The translations under genes and the position numbers were made by a program. From assembly GCA_052436255.1 (NCBI GenBank), contig JBQVNP010000011.1, positions 3,572 to 67,571 on the forward strand: DNA of 64,000 nucleotides. Direction: 5' to 3'. The notes beneath the pieces were generated by a model, which did no database searches, was not told the DNA's origin, and saw nothing but the letters and a program-made list of their open reading frames with translations. Shown piece by piece: positions 1-8,482 of this stretch (position 1 is its first letter; each line of letters begins with the position of its first letter). Source of the stretch: Roseateles sp. (lineage in GTDB: Bacteria > Pseudomonadota > Gammaproteobacteria > Burkholderiales > Burkholderiaceae_C).

Positions 1-582
1 GCCGTAGCCACCAGCGCGCATCGCGGCCAGGATTTCCTCGACGGTCGCCTCCGGCGTCCAGCCGATGACGATCTCAAAGGGCACGCTCTCCCTGCCGAAG
101 CCGCCGTGGCTCTCGCGCACCCGAACCACGGCGCGGCCCTCGCCGTCAAACCTGAAGCCCCCGAAGCGGTACAGGTACTCGTCGCCCTCGGCGAACGCCT
201 CCAACACCTTCTCGTACACGCGGCGCTCGTCCCGCACCAGCAGGGCCGTAGGGTCCATGCCAACAATCGGCACGAACTCCTCGTTGCCGTAGTCGCAGGG
301 CTGGCCGGTGTTGATGTCGCGGATGACGTGCAGGCCCATGGACGGGTCTTTGTGCTCCTCGTAGAAACCCACCTTCCATTGGTCGATGCGGCCGGTCTTG
401 CCGATGACCAGATCGCCCTTGACGGGCTTACGGTAGTAGGCGAAGTGGACGTAGTGGCCGCCGTAGCCGTCGCTGAAGGAATCGGCGTCATGCACGCGGC
501 CGTTGGGGCGTAGGAGCATCGTCGTGCTCAGGCGGTCCACCAGGGTTGTCAGGATGCGTTCGCGGTCGGAGAGTTGTGTCAT
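1..582 (-). CDS. Phage hypothetical protein (runs off window edge)
   Basis: ATG at 582, open to base 1 with no stop (MTQLSDRERILTTLVDRLS...); absent from the ORF track because incomplete. Confidence 0.7.
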   Translation of the reverse strand, partial: MTQLSDRERILTTLVDRLSTTMLLRPNGRVHDADSFSDGYGGHYVHFAYYRKPVKGDLVIGKTGRIDQWKVGFYEEHKDPSMGLHVIRDINTGQPCDYGNEEFVPIVGMDPTALLVRDERRVYEKVLEAFAEGDEYLYRFGGFRFDGEGRAVVRVRESHGGFGRESVPFEIVIGWTPEATVEEILAAMRAGGYG

Positions 583-610
583 GGCAATGTCCGGCAATGA
601 AGTATTGAAA

Positions 611-937
611 TCAGGCTGCGCGCTTGATGGTGAACATCAGCGTGCCGTTCTTGAACGACTGGGAGCTGTCGAGCTTGGAGCCTGCGGGCAGCATCAAGCG
701 GGCCGACTCGTTCCACCAATCGACTCGCCAGGCGGTGCCGTTCTTCGGCTCCCGCAAGTCGTCGGCCGACATGCTGGCAAGGGTCTTCTCGGCAGCCACG
801 CGGCGCACGCGCTCAGCGACAGCAGCCTGCTGCCAGGTCTCGTAGCCGTCTGGCCCTTGCACAGCGGCGCGCAGCCGATGAATCTCGGCCCACAGGGCGC
901 CAGCGTCTTCCTCGTTCGGATCCAGGTCAGTCGCCAT
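611..937 (-). CDS. Phage hypothetical protein
   Basis: ORF MATDLDPNEEDAG..., co-oriented with the early left operon. Confidence 0.7.
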   Translation of the reverse strand: MATDLDPNEEDAGALWAEIHRLRAAVQGPDGYETWQQAAVAERVRRVAAEKTLASMSADDLREPKNGTAWRVDWWNESARLMLPAGSKLDSSQSFKNGTLMFTIKRAA

Positions 938-1052
938 TGAATTCACCCCATTCCTTCCAGGTCAGCCAGCGGCCGGCCATGTGGCAGTTGAAGAGGTAGC
1001 CGCCAGCGGCCACCAGTGCGGTCACGATCAGCAGAACCAGTTCGGTTTTCAT
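927..1052 (-). CDS. Small membrane protein (41 aa)
   Basis: Hand translation MKTELVLLIVTALVAAGGYLFNCHMAGRWLTWKEWGEFNGD; fills gap in operon. Confidence 0.5.
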   Translation of the reverse strand: MKTELVLLIVTALVAAGGYLFNCHMAGRWLTWKEWGEFNGD

Positions 1053-1073
1053 GTGCGACCGGCGAACCTTGGA

Positions 1074-1277
1074 TCAGGGGATCGTGCGGCTGGCCGGGAT
1101 GACAGCGGCGCAGATGAAATCGGCGCGCTTGGTGCCGGTGCCGAACTTGGCGACAGCGGCGCGGCCAGCGGCTTCGCATGCAGCTTGGTCCTTGAAGCCG
1201 ACAACATTCGTCAGCGCCATGGAATCCTTGTCCGAAATCGCGCCGATGGTCACAAACAGGATCAGGGTGTAGAGCAT
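1074..1277 (-). CDS. Small exported/hypothetical protein
   Basis: MLYTLILFVTIGAISDK..., hydrophobic N-terminus. Confidence 0.55.
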   Translation of the reverse strand: MLYTLILFVTIGAISDKDSMALTNVVGFKDQAACEAAGRAAVAKFGTGTKRADFICAAVIPASRTIP

Positions 1278-1323
1278 GGTCAGTCCTTGGTGGTGGGCGT
1301 TGTGCCCTGTGAGGGGATTGAAA

Positions 1324-1467
1324 TCATTCGATTTCAGACCGCGTGGACTCCACCAGCGCTTCCGCGTAGTCGAGGACTTCTTGCAAGTCGCGCAAGGTTT
1401 CGTGTATTGGCCGCTTGTCATTGGTGAAGAACGCGTCAATGACCCGCTTCAGCTCTTCTTTGCTCAT
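1324..1467 (-). CDS. Small hypothetical protein (47 aa)
   Basis: MSKEELKRVIDAFF...; ATGA overlap with upstream gene. Confidence 0.55.
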   Translation of the reverse strand: MSKEELKRVIDAFFTNDKRPIHETLRDLQEVLDYAEALVESTRSEIE

Positions 1468-1802
1468 GCCGAACTCCGTTCGATCAGGCTGCGCAGTTCG
1501 GGGCAGATGGCGAGGGCCAGACGCTGGCGGTCGCATTCGTCCATCAGGATCGGCTCGCGGCCGTCCATCGCCTTTCCGGTGATGCAGTCAAGGCACGCGT
1601 TCCAGCCTTGGGACCAATCGCGCATCACATGGCCAGTCGGGTACGTCGGCTGATAGGGCAGGGCACCCAGAGGCACGACAGGAGGTTGCTTCAGCTTCTC
1701 CAGCGCGGCATCGACGGCATCGCTCTGGACGAGTTCGGGCGCATTGCTGCCGGCCGTCATGCCCCATGCGCGTAGGTTCTTCTGAACGTTCTCGTAGCTC
1801 AT
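1464..1802 (-). CDS. Phage hypothetical protein
   Basis: MSYENVQKNLRAWG...; GGAG RBS upstream. Confidence 0.65.
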   Translation of the reverse strand: MSYENVQKNLRAWGMTAGSNAPELVQSDAVDAALEKLKQPPVVPLGALPYQPTYPTGHVMRDWSQGWNACLDCITGKAMDGREPILMDECDRQRLALAICPELRSLIERSSA

Positions 1803-1829
1803 CTCGCTCTCCAGGTTGTGCGTTGAGGT

Positions 1830-1897
1830 GCATTTATTGTTAAACATTAAATGCGCAACTGCAAGCTGTTTTTGTTAAACATCAAATGCGCTAGACT
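1830..1897. promoter_or_regulatory. Divergent promoter with two 20-bp direct repeats (putative operator)
   Basis: TTGTTAAACATTAAATGCGC (1837-1856) and TTGTTAAACATCAAATGCGC (1872-1891); AT-rich island; -10-like TAGACT at 1892-1897. Confidence 0.65.
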
Positions 1898-1903
1898 CTC
1901 GCC

Positions 1904-2077
1904 ATGGAAGAGAAGCCGAAGCGCCCTCGCGGCAGACCGCCCGCTCCGCCAGAGTCCGCCCTGACCGCGTTCCTTGGCATGCGCGTCAGCCCGGCCTTGA
2001 AAGACAAGGTGGACCACCTGGGCCACGCCTGGGCGCGGGCCGTGCTGGAGAAGGCCAAGCCGCCGAAGGACGGATAG
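1904..2077 (+). CDS. 57-aa putative DNA-binding micro-protein (GRP/AT-hook-like plus RHH-like)
   Basis: Hand translation MEEKPKRPRGRPPAPPESALTAFLGMRVSPALKDKVDHLGHAWARAVLEKAKPPKDG; similar to the ORF at 35372-35548. Confidence 0.7.
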   Translation: MEEKPKRPRGRPPAPPESALTAFLGMRVSPALKDKVDHLGHAWARAVLEKAKPPKDG

Positions 2078-2078
2078 C

Positions 2079-2906
2079 TCACGGCGCCGTACCTTGTACC
2101 GGCACATGGGAAACAGGCCGCGCGCCGTTGAACACGACCGCCTCGCGGTTGCTGACCGAGCCGAAGGGCGGCATGTCCAGCACGGCGACGACCGACCGCT
2201 CAACGACAAGCGCAGGGTTCGTGCGCGCGAAGTGCTTCGGCGGCAGCGCGTCTATCTCTTCGGCCGTGAATGGCGCCGTGGTTTGCCGGCGCTGGACATA
2301 GGCGCCACGCTTGAACAGCGCAGGGTAGTCGTTCCAGTTGACGCCCTTGGCGTGCAGCATGTCGTGCTTGTCCCGGCCGTTGCGCCCCTGCAGCTCCCGG
2401 TGGCTGTAATAGGCCGAGGCCGCCATCGTGATGCTGTTCTTGGTGGCGTCCCACTCGCGCCACAGGAAGCAGTTCGCCCCCTCGGTGCGGTTGGGCACAG
2501 ACCAGACGCGGGCGTCGAAGGTCGGCAGTCGGTCAGCGTACTGAGGCATGCGCTCCAGCACCAGCCGATAGAAGATCAGCGTCGCCTGGGCAGCGAGCTG
2601 GCTGGTCATCTTCGCCACGCGGCCGTCGAACCAGACCTGGCTCTGCATCGTCTCGCTGTGCCAGGCCAGCGTGATTTCGTCGCTCTGCGTGTAGCCCAGG
2701 CAGGCGCCGGTGTGGCGCACCAGCTCGACGGTCGTGTCCAGCATGCAGGCCGAGAACGTTGGATCAAACGGGCGATCCATGCCACGCGTGAACGAGTGGA
2801 AAGCCCGGCCGTCGATGCGCGCCAGGATGGGCAGCAGTGGCATGAGGCGCCGGCCGGCTTCCGCCGACTCGTACAGCTTCATGCGGTCGCCAAGATCGTC
2901 ATTCAT
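2079..2906 (-). CDS. Thg1-like protein (tRNA-His guanylyltransferase family, 3'-5' polymerase)
   Basis: MNDDLGDRMKLYE...ARIDGRAFHSFT...GYTQSDEI...FDARV...WRE.DA.KNSI; catalytic Asp and Asp-Glu motifs of the Thg1 family. Confidence 0.9.
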   Translation of the reverse strand: MNDDLGDRMKLYESAEAGRRLMPLLPILARIDGRAFHSFTRGMDRPFDPTFSACMLDTTVELVRHTGACLGYTQSDEITLAWHSETMQSQVWFDGRVAKMTSQLAAQATLIFYRLVLERMPQYADRLPTFDARVWSVPNRTEGANCFLWREWDATKNSITMAASAYYSHRELQGRNGRDKHDMLHAKGVNWNDYPALFKRGAYVQRRQTTAPFTAEEIDALPPKHFARTNPALVVERSVVAVLDMPPFGSVSNREAVVFNGARPVSHVPVQGTAP

Positions 2907-4345
2907 GGGTGATCCTTTACTGCGGGGGCTTGGACGGCAGCCTCGAATCGGCCCCATGCCTTGTCCACCATCGGCTGGAGCAGCGACGACATCCGCTCCC
3001 GCACCTCGGCCATCGCGTCGGCATGGCCGTAGTTGCTCGTCCACTCGTGGCGGTCGGTGCCCAGCACCTCGTCAAGCAGGGCGTCGATGTAGTCGCTGGC
3101 GGCGTCACGCTCTTCCAGGACCTGCATCAGCGCCTTGTCGTCAGGTGCAGGCGCGGGGGCTTGGGCGGCGGCCTCGGCCACGCGGGCGGCGAAGTAGCGG
3201 TCGAGCCACTTCTTGAGCCGATCCATCATGCGCTGCGGGCCGAAGGCTACGTCTTCCGGGTAGCCGGGCTCCCACTCCAGGCGCAGCGGCGTCCAGTCAG
3301 CCGGGATCGCGGTCTTGCCGTCCTCCAGCAGCTTGTAGCCGTCAGGCGCGGCGGCTTGGGAGTCGCCGCTGTTTCTGACCTTGAGCACGTCTTCGAGGGA
3401 TTCGGCCAGCGAGAACAGCGGCGCCACGAAGCCGGTTCCGTACTCGCAGATTTCGTTCACGAAAGCCGCGCGCTCGTCGGGCGTCAGGCCGCGCCATTCG
3501 GGGGCCGTCCCCTTGGGCTGGGGATGGGCAGCGTCGGCAGGTTGGCGAACCGATGGCAGCGGGCCGCAGCCAGGCAGCGTCAGGCCGCCCGGCAGGACAT
3601 GCACCTCGGTGCGGATGCGTTCGGCGATTTCCTCGCAGGCGAGCTGGTAGCCCGCATGCAGCGGCGTCGGCATGTCCACGTCAGCGCCGCCGATAGGCAG
3701 CGCGGCGACATCGGCAACGATCCGCAGCGCGCGGTGCACCTCCAGCGCCGAGGCGAACTCGATGGCCTGCTCATCGGTCAGCGAATCCCCCTCTGCTGGG
3801 GCTCGCATCTCTTCGTCCAGCCGGGTCAGGTCGGCCAGGCCGGCGCGGCGGGGATCGGGCTGGGCGGCAAGGGCGGCGCGGACCTTCCCCAAGTCGTCGC
3901 TGTGGGCGTAGATCGTGGCCGTCGAGTCGCTGTCGAGCTGGATGTCGGCGACCATCATGCCGGCGCCCCATTCGACAAAGCGCGGGGCGGCAGTCCAGGT
4001 CAGCTCTGCACCCTCAGGGGCTTGGATCGCGCGCAACCGGGCAATCTCGGCCAGGACCGCCTTCGGCGACATGACCTGCAGGCCCAGGGCGTCGGTGACG
4101 TTGGAGCCGAACGTCACCCACTCGCTGACGCAGCCTTTCGACGACGCCAAGTCGCGAGACAGCGCACCGGCGCGGCCCTCGGTCTCGAACAGTTGACGGC
4201 CCGTGATTTGCAGCTGCTCGGCAGCTTCATCCAGCAGCTGGGCGATGTCGTCGGCCGTCTCGGCTCGGCACAGGTCGGCCTCATCGCGCAGGCGCTGGAC
4301 CAGCGACTGTGCAGGCTGGGGGGATTGGATTTGTTCGGTGGTCAT
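2903..4345 (-). CDS. Mosaic phage hypothetical protein (480 aa)
   Basis: Long ORF, ATGA-coupled to the Thg1-like gene. Confidence 0.75.
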   Translation of the reverse strand: MTTEQIQSPQPAQSLVQRLRDEADLCRAETADDIAQLLDEAAEQLQITGRQLFETEGRAGALSRDLASSKGCVSEWVTFGSNVTDALGLQVMSPKAVLAEIARLRAIQAPEGAELTWTAAPRFVEWGAGMMVADIQLDSDSTATIYAHSDDLGKVRAALAAQPDPRRAGLADLTRLDEEMRAPAEGDSLTDEQAIEFASALEVHRALRIVADVAALPIGGADVDMPTPLHAGYQLACEEIAERIRTEVHVLPGGLTLPGCGPLPSVRQPADAAHPQPKGTAPEWRGLTPDERAAFVNEICEYGTGFVAPLFSLAESLEDVLKVRNSGDSQAAAPDGYKLLEDGKTAIPADWTPLRLEWEPGYPEDVAFGPQRMMDRLKKWLDRYFAARVAEAAAQAPAPAPDDKALMQVLEERDAASDYIDALLDEVLGTDRHEWTSNYGHADAMAEVRERMSSLLQPMVDKAWGRFEAAVQAPAVKDHP

Positions 4346-4350
4346 CGCAG

Positions 4351-5037
4351 TCAGTCTTCCTTCGCCTCGCAGGCGCTCTCAACCTCGTCCTCATCCATGT
4401 CCACATCCAGGGTGGTTCGGCCGCAGTACATCGCCAGCAGCAAGCCGTCGAAGTCGCCCACGACGGCCGGAGTGGACTTCGGGGTGATGTCGTGGCCGCT
4501 CAGCTTGAGGGCGTAGATCGCCCCGTCGCCCGTGAAAGCGAGGCGTATGTCGGCGTGGTAGGTGTCCCGCGTGTTGGGATCCGAGTCCAGATACAAATGC
4601 CCGCCGCCGCTGCTGTACTGGGACGGCTCGAAGCGTGCGTAGAACCGCTCGTGGTCGTCTTTGTGGAGGCCGCCTCGGGCCTGCTCCAGCAGCTCCGACA
4701 GCTTGATGCGAGCAGGCACCTCCGGCATCACCGACTGTGCGACCCGCTCCAGCGCGGTCTTCAGGGCCGCCGCGTTGGCGCCATCGACAGCATTGCTGAC
4801 CGCGATGTTCAGCATGTGCTGGAACTTCGCCACGTCGTGCACGCGCAGGCCGTGCGGCAGCGCTTCGGAGAGCTGCTGCGTCAGAAGCTTGCGGAACTCG
4901 CTGCGGTAGCCGGTGGCCTCCTCCAGGGAGTCCTTTAGGGCCTTGGTGATGGCGCCATCCAGCAGCGGCTGGATGCGCTCGGGCGCCACGGCCGCAGCCA
5001 CGATGCCCTCGATGTCGATCTGGAAGTTGAAGTTCAT
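4351..5037 (-). CDS. Phage hypothetical protein
   Basis: MNFNFQIDIEGIV...; AAGGA RBS upstream. Confidence 0.75.
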   Translation of the reverse strand: MNFNFQIDIEGIVAAAVAPERIQPLLDGAITKALKDSLEEATGYRSEFRKLLTQQLSEALPHGLRVHDVAKFQHMLNIAVSNAVDGANAAALKTALERVAQSVMPEVPARIKLSELLEQARGGLHKDDHERFYARFEPSQYSSGGGHLYLDSDPNTRDTYHADIRLAFTGDGAIYALKLSGHDITPKSTPAVVGDFDGLLLAMYCGRTTLDVDMDEDEVESACEAKED

Positions 5038-5071
5038 GTCAGTTTCCTTGTGCTCGCGGAGGGGATGGGTT

Positions 5072-5863
5072 TCAGGCCTCTGCCGGCTCTGCATCGGCGT
5101 TGACGCGGCTGATCGCGGTGCCGGCCAGGTCGTCAGCCTTCGCCTCGTTGTCCTTCTGAGCGGCTGCTTCAGCAGCGGCGCGTTCGCGCTCCACGGCGCC
5201 ACGTAGCATGAGCGGAACCGGCGCTGATGCCATGCTCGTGTCCTGATCGCGCAGCGACATCGTCACGGCCATCAACTCCGACTCCGCGGCGAAGCGAGTG
5301 ATGAGCATCCCGTCCGGCGTGGTCCAGTGGAAGAGCGGCGCCGTCGTCCGGCTGCTCAGGTCCGCGCCCAGCTTGTCCAGCACGCCCAGGTACTTCGGGT
5401 TGAACGGGCCTTGGCAGCCGGGGCGCAACTCGCCGAGGGCCGGTGCCAGCACGCGCAGCACCTTCGGGTATTCGACCGCTTCGATGGTCGGAGGGCCTGG
5501 CTGTACATGCATCTCTTCCAGCAGCGCCGACAGCACGCGGATGCGGCCGTCCTGAATGACGACGCGGGAGTCCGGGCGGTTGCGGCAGTCGCGCGCAGAC
5601 GCCGCGAGCTTGGAACTGCAGGTCAGCGTCTGCGGGCCCGGCGTGCGGCCGTTGGCATCAAACGCCACGCCGAGCTGATGGCCGTTCGTGGCGACGATCA
5701 GAACGCCAGAACCACACGGGTGCGGCATCAAGTGCACGCCGTTGAGATACCAGCGGATGTCCTGCTTGGCACGGAAGACGGCGACGGCACCGAACAGGCG
5801 CGCGTCCACCGCCGTGGTGATGTCTTCGGGCAAGTCGATGGCGGGAGTGGTGGTCTTGGTCAT
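5072..5863 (-). CDS. DNA polymerase III beta-clamp-like protein
   Basis: AKQDIRWYLNGVHL...LIVATNGHQL resembles DnaN 'D.R.YLNGV...VATDGHRL'. Confidence 0.65.
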   Translation of the reverse strand: MTKTTTPAIDLPEDITTAVDARLFGAVAVFRAKQDIRWYLNGVHLMPHPCGSGVLIVATNGHQLGVAFDANGRTPGPQTLTCSSKLAASARDCRNRPDSRVVIQDGRIRVLSALLEEMHVQPGPPTIEAVEYPKVLRVLAPALGELRPGCQGPFNPKYLGVLDKLGADLSSRTTAPLFHWTTPDGMLITRFAAESELMAVTMSLRDQDTSMASAPVPLMLRGAVERERAAAEAAAQKDNEAKADDLAGTAISRVNADAEPAEA

Positions 5864-6001
5864 TGCGTTTGCTTCGCGGGTTGAGGTTGCTGCTCGCGCT
5901 TGGCGAGGTCTGCGGCCAGGGCATCCCAGGGGATGGCCGGCGTTTCTTGATCGGGTTTTGATTGCCAGGGCCGGGCCTGGGCGCGCTGGCGAAGGCGACG
6001 G

Positions 6002-6385
6002 CTAGCCATGGACGGGCTCCGTCTTCGCCTCTGCCGCCTTGCTGCGGACCGCCTTGGCGTACTCACGAGCGTTGGCCCCGATGTTGTTGAGGCTGCTGCG
6101 CCGGCCGTTGGTCAGCGTCACGGAATCGAAGGCGCGGGCGAGTGCGTCGGCGCGGGTTTCAAGGCAGTGCTCAACCGTGCCCTCGAAGGACCGGCCGAAG
6201 CGCTCGGTGAACCATGCGTCATGGCCGCCGAAGATGAAAACCGGAACGCCGTTGGCACGGTCAGCGCCCAGCGGATCGGCGCCGTACTTGCCGGCCCCCA
6301 GCACGCAGACCATGACTGCCGCGATCTCAAGGTCATCGGCCTCGAAGTGGTAGGCGTCGCTCGGGTTGATGAGGTTGAACTTCAT
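6002..6385 (-). CDS. Phage hypothetical protein
   Basis: 127-aa ORF in operon. Confidence 0.7.
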   Translation of the reverse strand: MKFNLINPSDAYHFEADDLEIAAVMVCVLGAGKYGADPLGADRANGVPVFIFGGHDAWFTERFGRSFEGTVEHCLETRADALARAFDSVTLTNGRRSSLNNIGANAREYAKAVRSKAAEAKTEPVHG

Positions 6386-6633
6386 GGCGCGTTTCCTTCC
6401 ACCGGCTTCGCAGCGTTGAGCAGGCCCTGACGCTCCAGTAACGCCATCAGGTAGGCGATGTGGTCGCGACCCTTCACGACGAAGATGGCGCGCTCGGTGT
6501 CCGCGGCGCTGCTGCCGTCCATGAAGACGCTCACGGCGTCGGTGTCCTTCTCGGCGGCGTCCAGCAGGTTGACCACGCGGGCGCGGTTGTTGTGGATGGA
6601 TGTGGCCTTGTTGCGGGCGGTGTCGGTGCTCAT
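6382..6633 (-). CDS. Phage hypothetical protein
   Basis: 83-aa ORF, ATGA coupling. Confidence 0.65.
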   Translation of the reverse strand: MSTDTARNKATSIHNNRARVVNLLDAAEKDTDAVSVFMDGSSAADTERAIFVVKGRDHIAYLMALLERQGLLNAAKPVEGNAP

Positions 6634-6634
6634 G

Positions 6635-8482
6635 TCAGGCTGCCTGCTGCAGCTCTTCAGCCTTCGCCGCGAAGTGCTTGCTGGCCTTGATGCAGAGGGC
6701 GCGGGCGTCCGACTGGCGGTAGAACTTCATGCCGCGCTCGACGCGGAACTGGAAGCCCTCCTGGGCGATGCCTTCGGCGGTGATCGTGTAGGGCGCAATC
6801 AGCGCCTGGATCTCGCCGAGGCGGACGGTGTAGGGCTCGGCCATGGTGGTCGCGACAGTGCGGCGGAAGGCGCGCACCTCGGGGGCTGGTGCCACAGAAG
6901 GGGCCGCGTCGGCGGCTTGCCCAGCGCCCATAGAGCCGACGCTCGGGCTGGTGATGACAGGAGCATCCCGGTCGGTAGCGTCGGGCGTGCTTGCCTCTGC
7001 CTTCAAAACCTGTTGGGAGTCCTGCGCTGCGATGTTCTTGGCGGCCAGGTCGGCGGAGGCTTGGCGCTCCAGGCGGGCGGCCTCGTCGGCGCGGGCCTGT
7101 GCCTCGACCGCCTCGCGCTGGCGCTGCGCTGCGGCCTCGCGCTCCAGCCGCGCCACTTCCTCGGCCCGGATGCGCTCGCGCTCTGCCTCGATGCGCTGCC
7201 GTGCGACGGCCCGGCGGCTGGTCACGAGGTTGGCGAAGTCCTCGGCCGGCTTGGTGCACACCGCTGGGAAGTCGGGAAAGAGCCCGGCCGCGTCAGCATC
7301 GTTCATCGCCTTGCGGTTGGCGTCGATCAGGTCGGCGACGCGGTTCAGCTCGATCTTGACCCGCGCCAGTTCGGTGCTGATCGCGTCTTCCATGCTGGCC
7401 AGGCTGCGCTTGTTCTTGATGGCACCCGGGAAGTCAGACGGAACGGAGAAGGACACGCCGACGCGGGCATGCAAGGCGGCGTAATGCTGCTGGGCCGCCT
7501 TCTGGCCGTCCGACACGATCTCGGCCTTGCGGCGCTCCTTCTCGCTGGCCAGCAGCTTCTCTGCCATCAGACGGTTTGTGCGGACCAGCGCGGCCAGCAT
7601 GTCCTTCGTCTTCTTGGCGGTGTCGACGGTCTGGATCTGCGCCAGCATCTGCGTCTCGGCGGCGTCCAGCGCGGCCTCGGCGCCCTTCATGGCCTTGATC
7701 TGCAGGTCCAGGTCAGCGAAGTCCTGATCGGTCTTCGGCTCACGGATAAGGCGGTGCTCCAGGAAGTCGCGCAGCGCGGTCTCGAACGCGCCGAAGTTCG
7801 CCGTGATGGCGATCTCGCCGGTGACCTTGACCAGCACGGCGGGCAGGGCCTGCACCGGCTCGGCGACCACGGCAGGCACGACCTCGGCGGGCTGGTAGGC
7901 GGCTACGTCGGCCTCGAACTGGGCCCAGCCGGCCACGATGCGGGCGCGCAGCTCCAGGTTCGGCGTGTACCAGCAGTGGCGCTCTTCGACGAGGTTGCCC
8001 TCGTCGTCGAACTGGGCCGCGACGAACAGTGTCCTCTCGCACGTATCGTTCACGGCGTGCTGCTGTTCCATCTGGACCTGATAGTCAAGCGGCAGGTCAG
8101 CGCCGGTGCAGCCTGGCACCATCGCTTCACGCAGGCGCTTGTTCAGGCGCTTGCACTCGAAGCTCTGGTCATAGAGGAACGTCAGGCCGTCGAAGCTGGC
8201 CGACAACGGGCCGTTGGTCCCAACGACGGGCGACAGGTCCTCGCCGATGATCTCTTCGGCGATGGGACGGGCCAGCGCTTCGGTACGGTGGCCGTCGTCA
8301 AACAGCCGCTGTGTCTGCGCGTCGACCTCCTCGGTGAGGCCGGTCGCGACTTCCTTGAGCAGCTGCGCGCGGGTCTTGTACGGCGAGCAGCCCATCATGG
8401 CCGGCGCGTCGCTGGCGTTGAAGTGGTTCAAGCGGTGGGCATGCCATTCGGGCGTGCCCTGGGTCAGCTGGACGATGTTCAT
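6635..8482 (-). CDS. YqaJ-like/lambda-exonuclease family recombinase with long coiled-coil C-terminus
   Basis: MNIVQLTQGTPEWHAHR...FNASDAPAMMG...GH..E...ASFDG...ECK...Y.VQ..QQ. Confidence 0.9.
   Translation of the reverse strand: MNIVQLTQGTPEWHAHRLNHFNASDAPAMMGCSPYKTRAQLLKEVATGLTEEVDAQTQRLFDDGHRTEALARPIAEEIIGEDLSPVVGTNGPLSASFDGLTFLYDQSFECKRLNKRLREAMVPGCTGADLPLDYQVQMEQQHAVNDTCERTLFVAAQFDDEGNLVEERHCWYTPNLELRARIVAGWAQFEADVAAYQPAEVVPAVVAEPVQALPAVLVKVTGEIAITANFGAFETALRDFLEHRLIREPKTDQDFADLDLQIKAMKGAEAALDAAETQMLAQIQTVDTAKKTKDMLAALVRTNRLMAEKLLASEKERRKAEIVSDGQKAAQQHYAALHARVGVSFSVPSDFPGAIKNKRSLASMEDAISTELARVKIELNRVADLIDANRKAMNDADAAGLFPDFPAVCTKPAEDFANLVTSRRAVARQRIEAERERIRAEEVARLEREAAAQRQREAVEAQARADEAARLERQASADLAAKNIAAQDSQQVLKAEASTPDATDRDAPVITSPSVGSMGAGQAADAAPSVAPAPEVRAFRRTVATTMAEPYTVRLGEIQALIAPYTITAEGIAQEGFQFRVERGMKFYRQSDARALCIKASKHFAAKAEELQQAA

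Noticed and set aside
1891-2082. 63-aa minus-strand ORF in the track
   Set aside because: The plus-strand 57-aa ORF is preferred because it has a paralogue at 35372-35548
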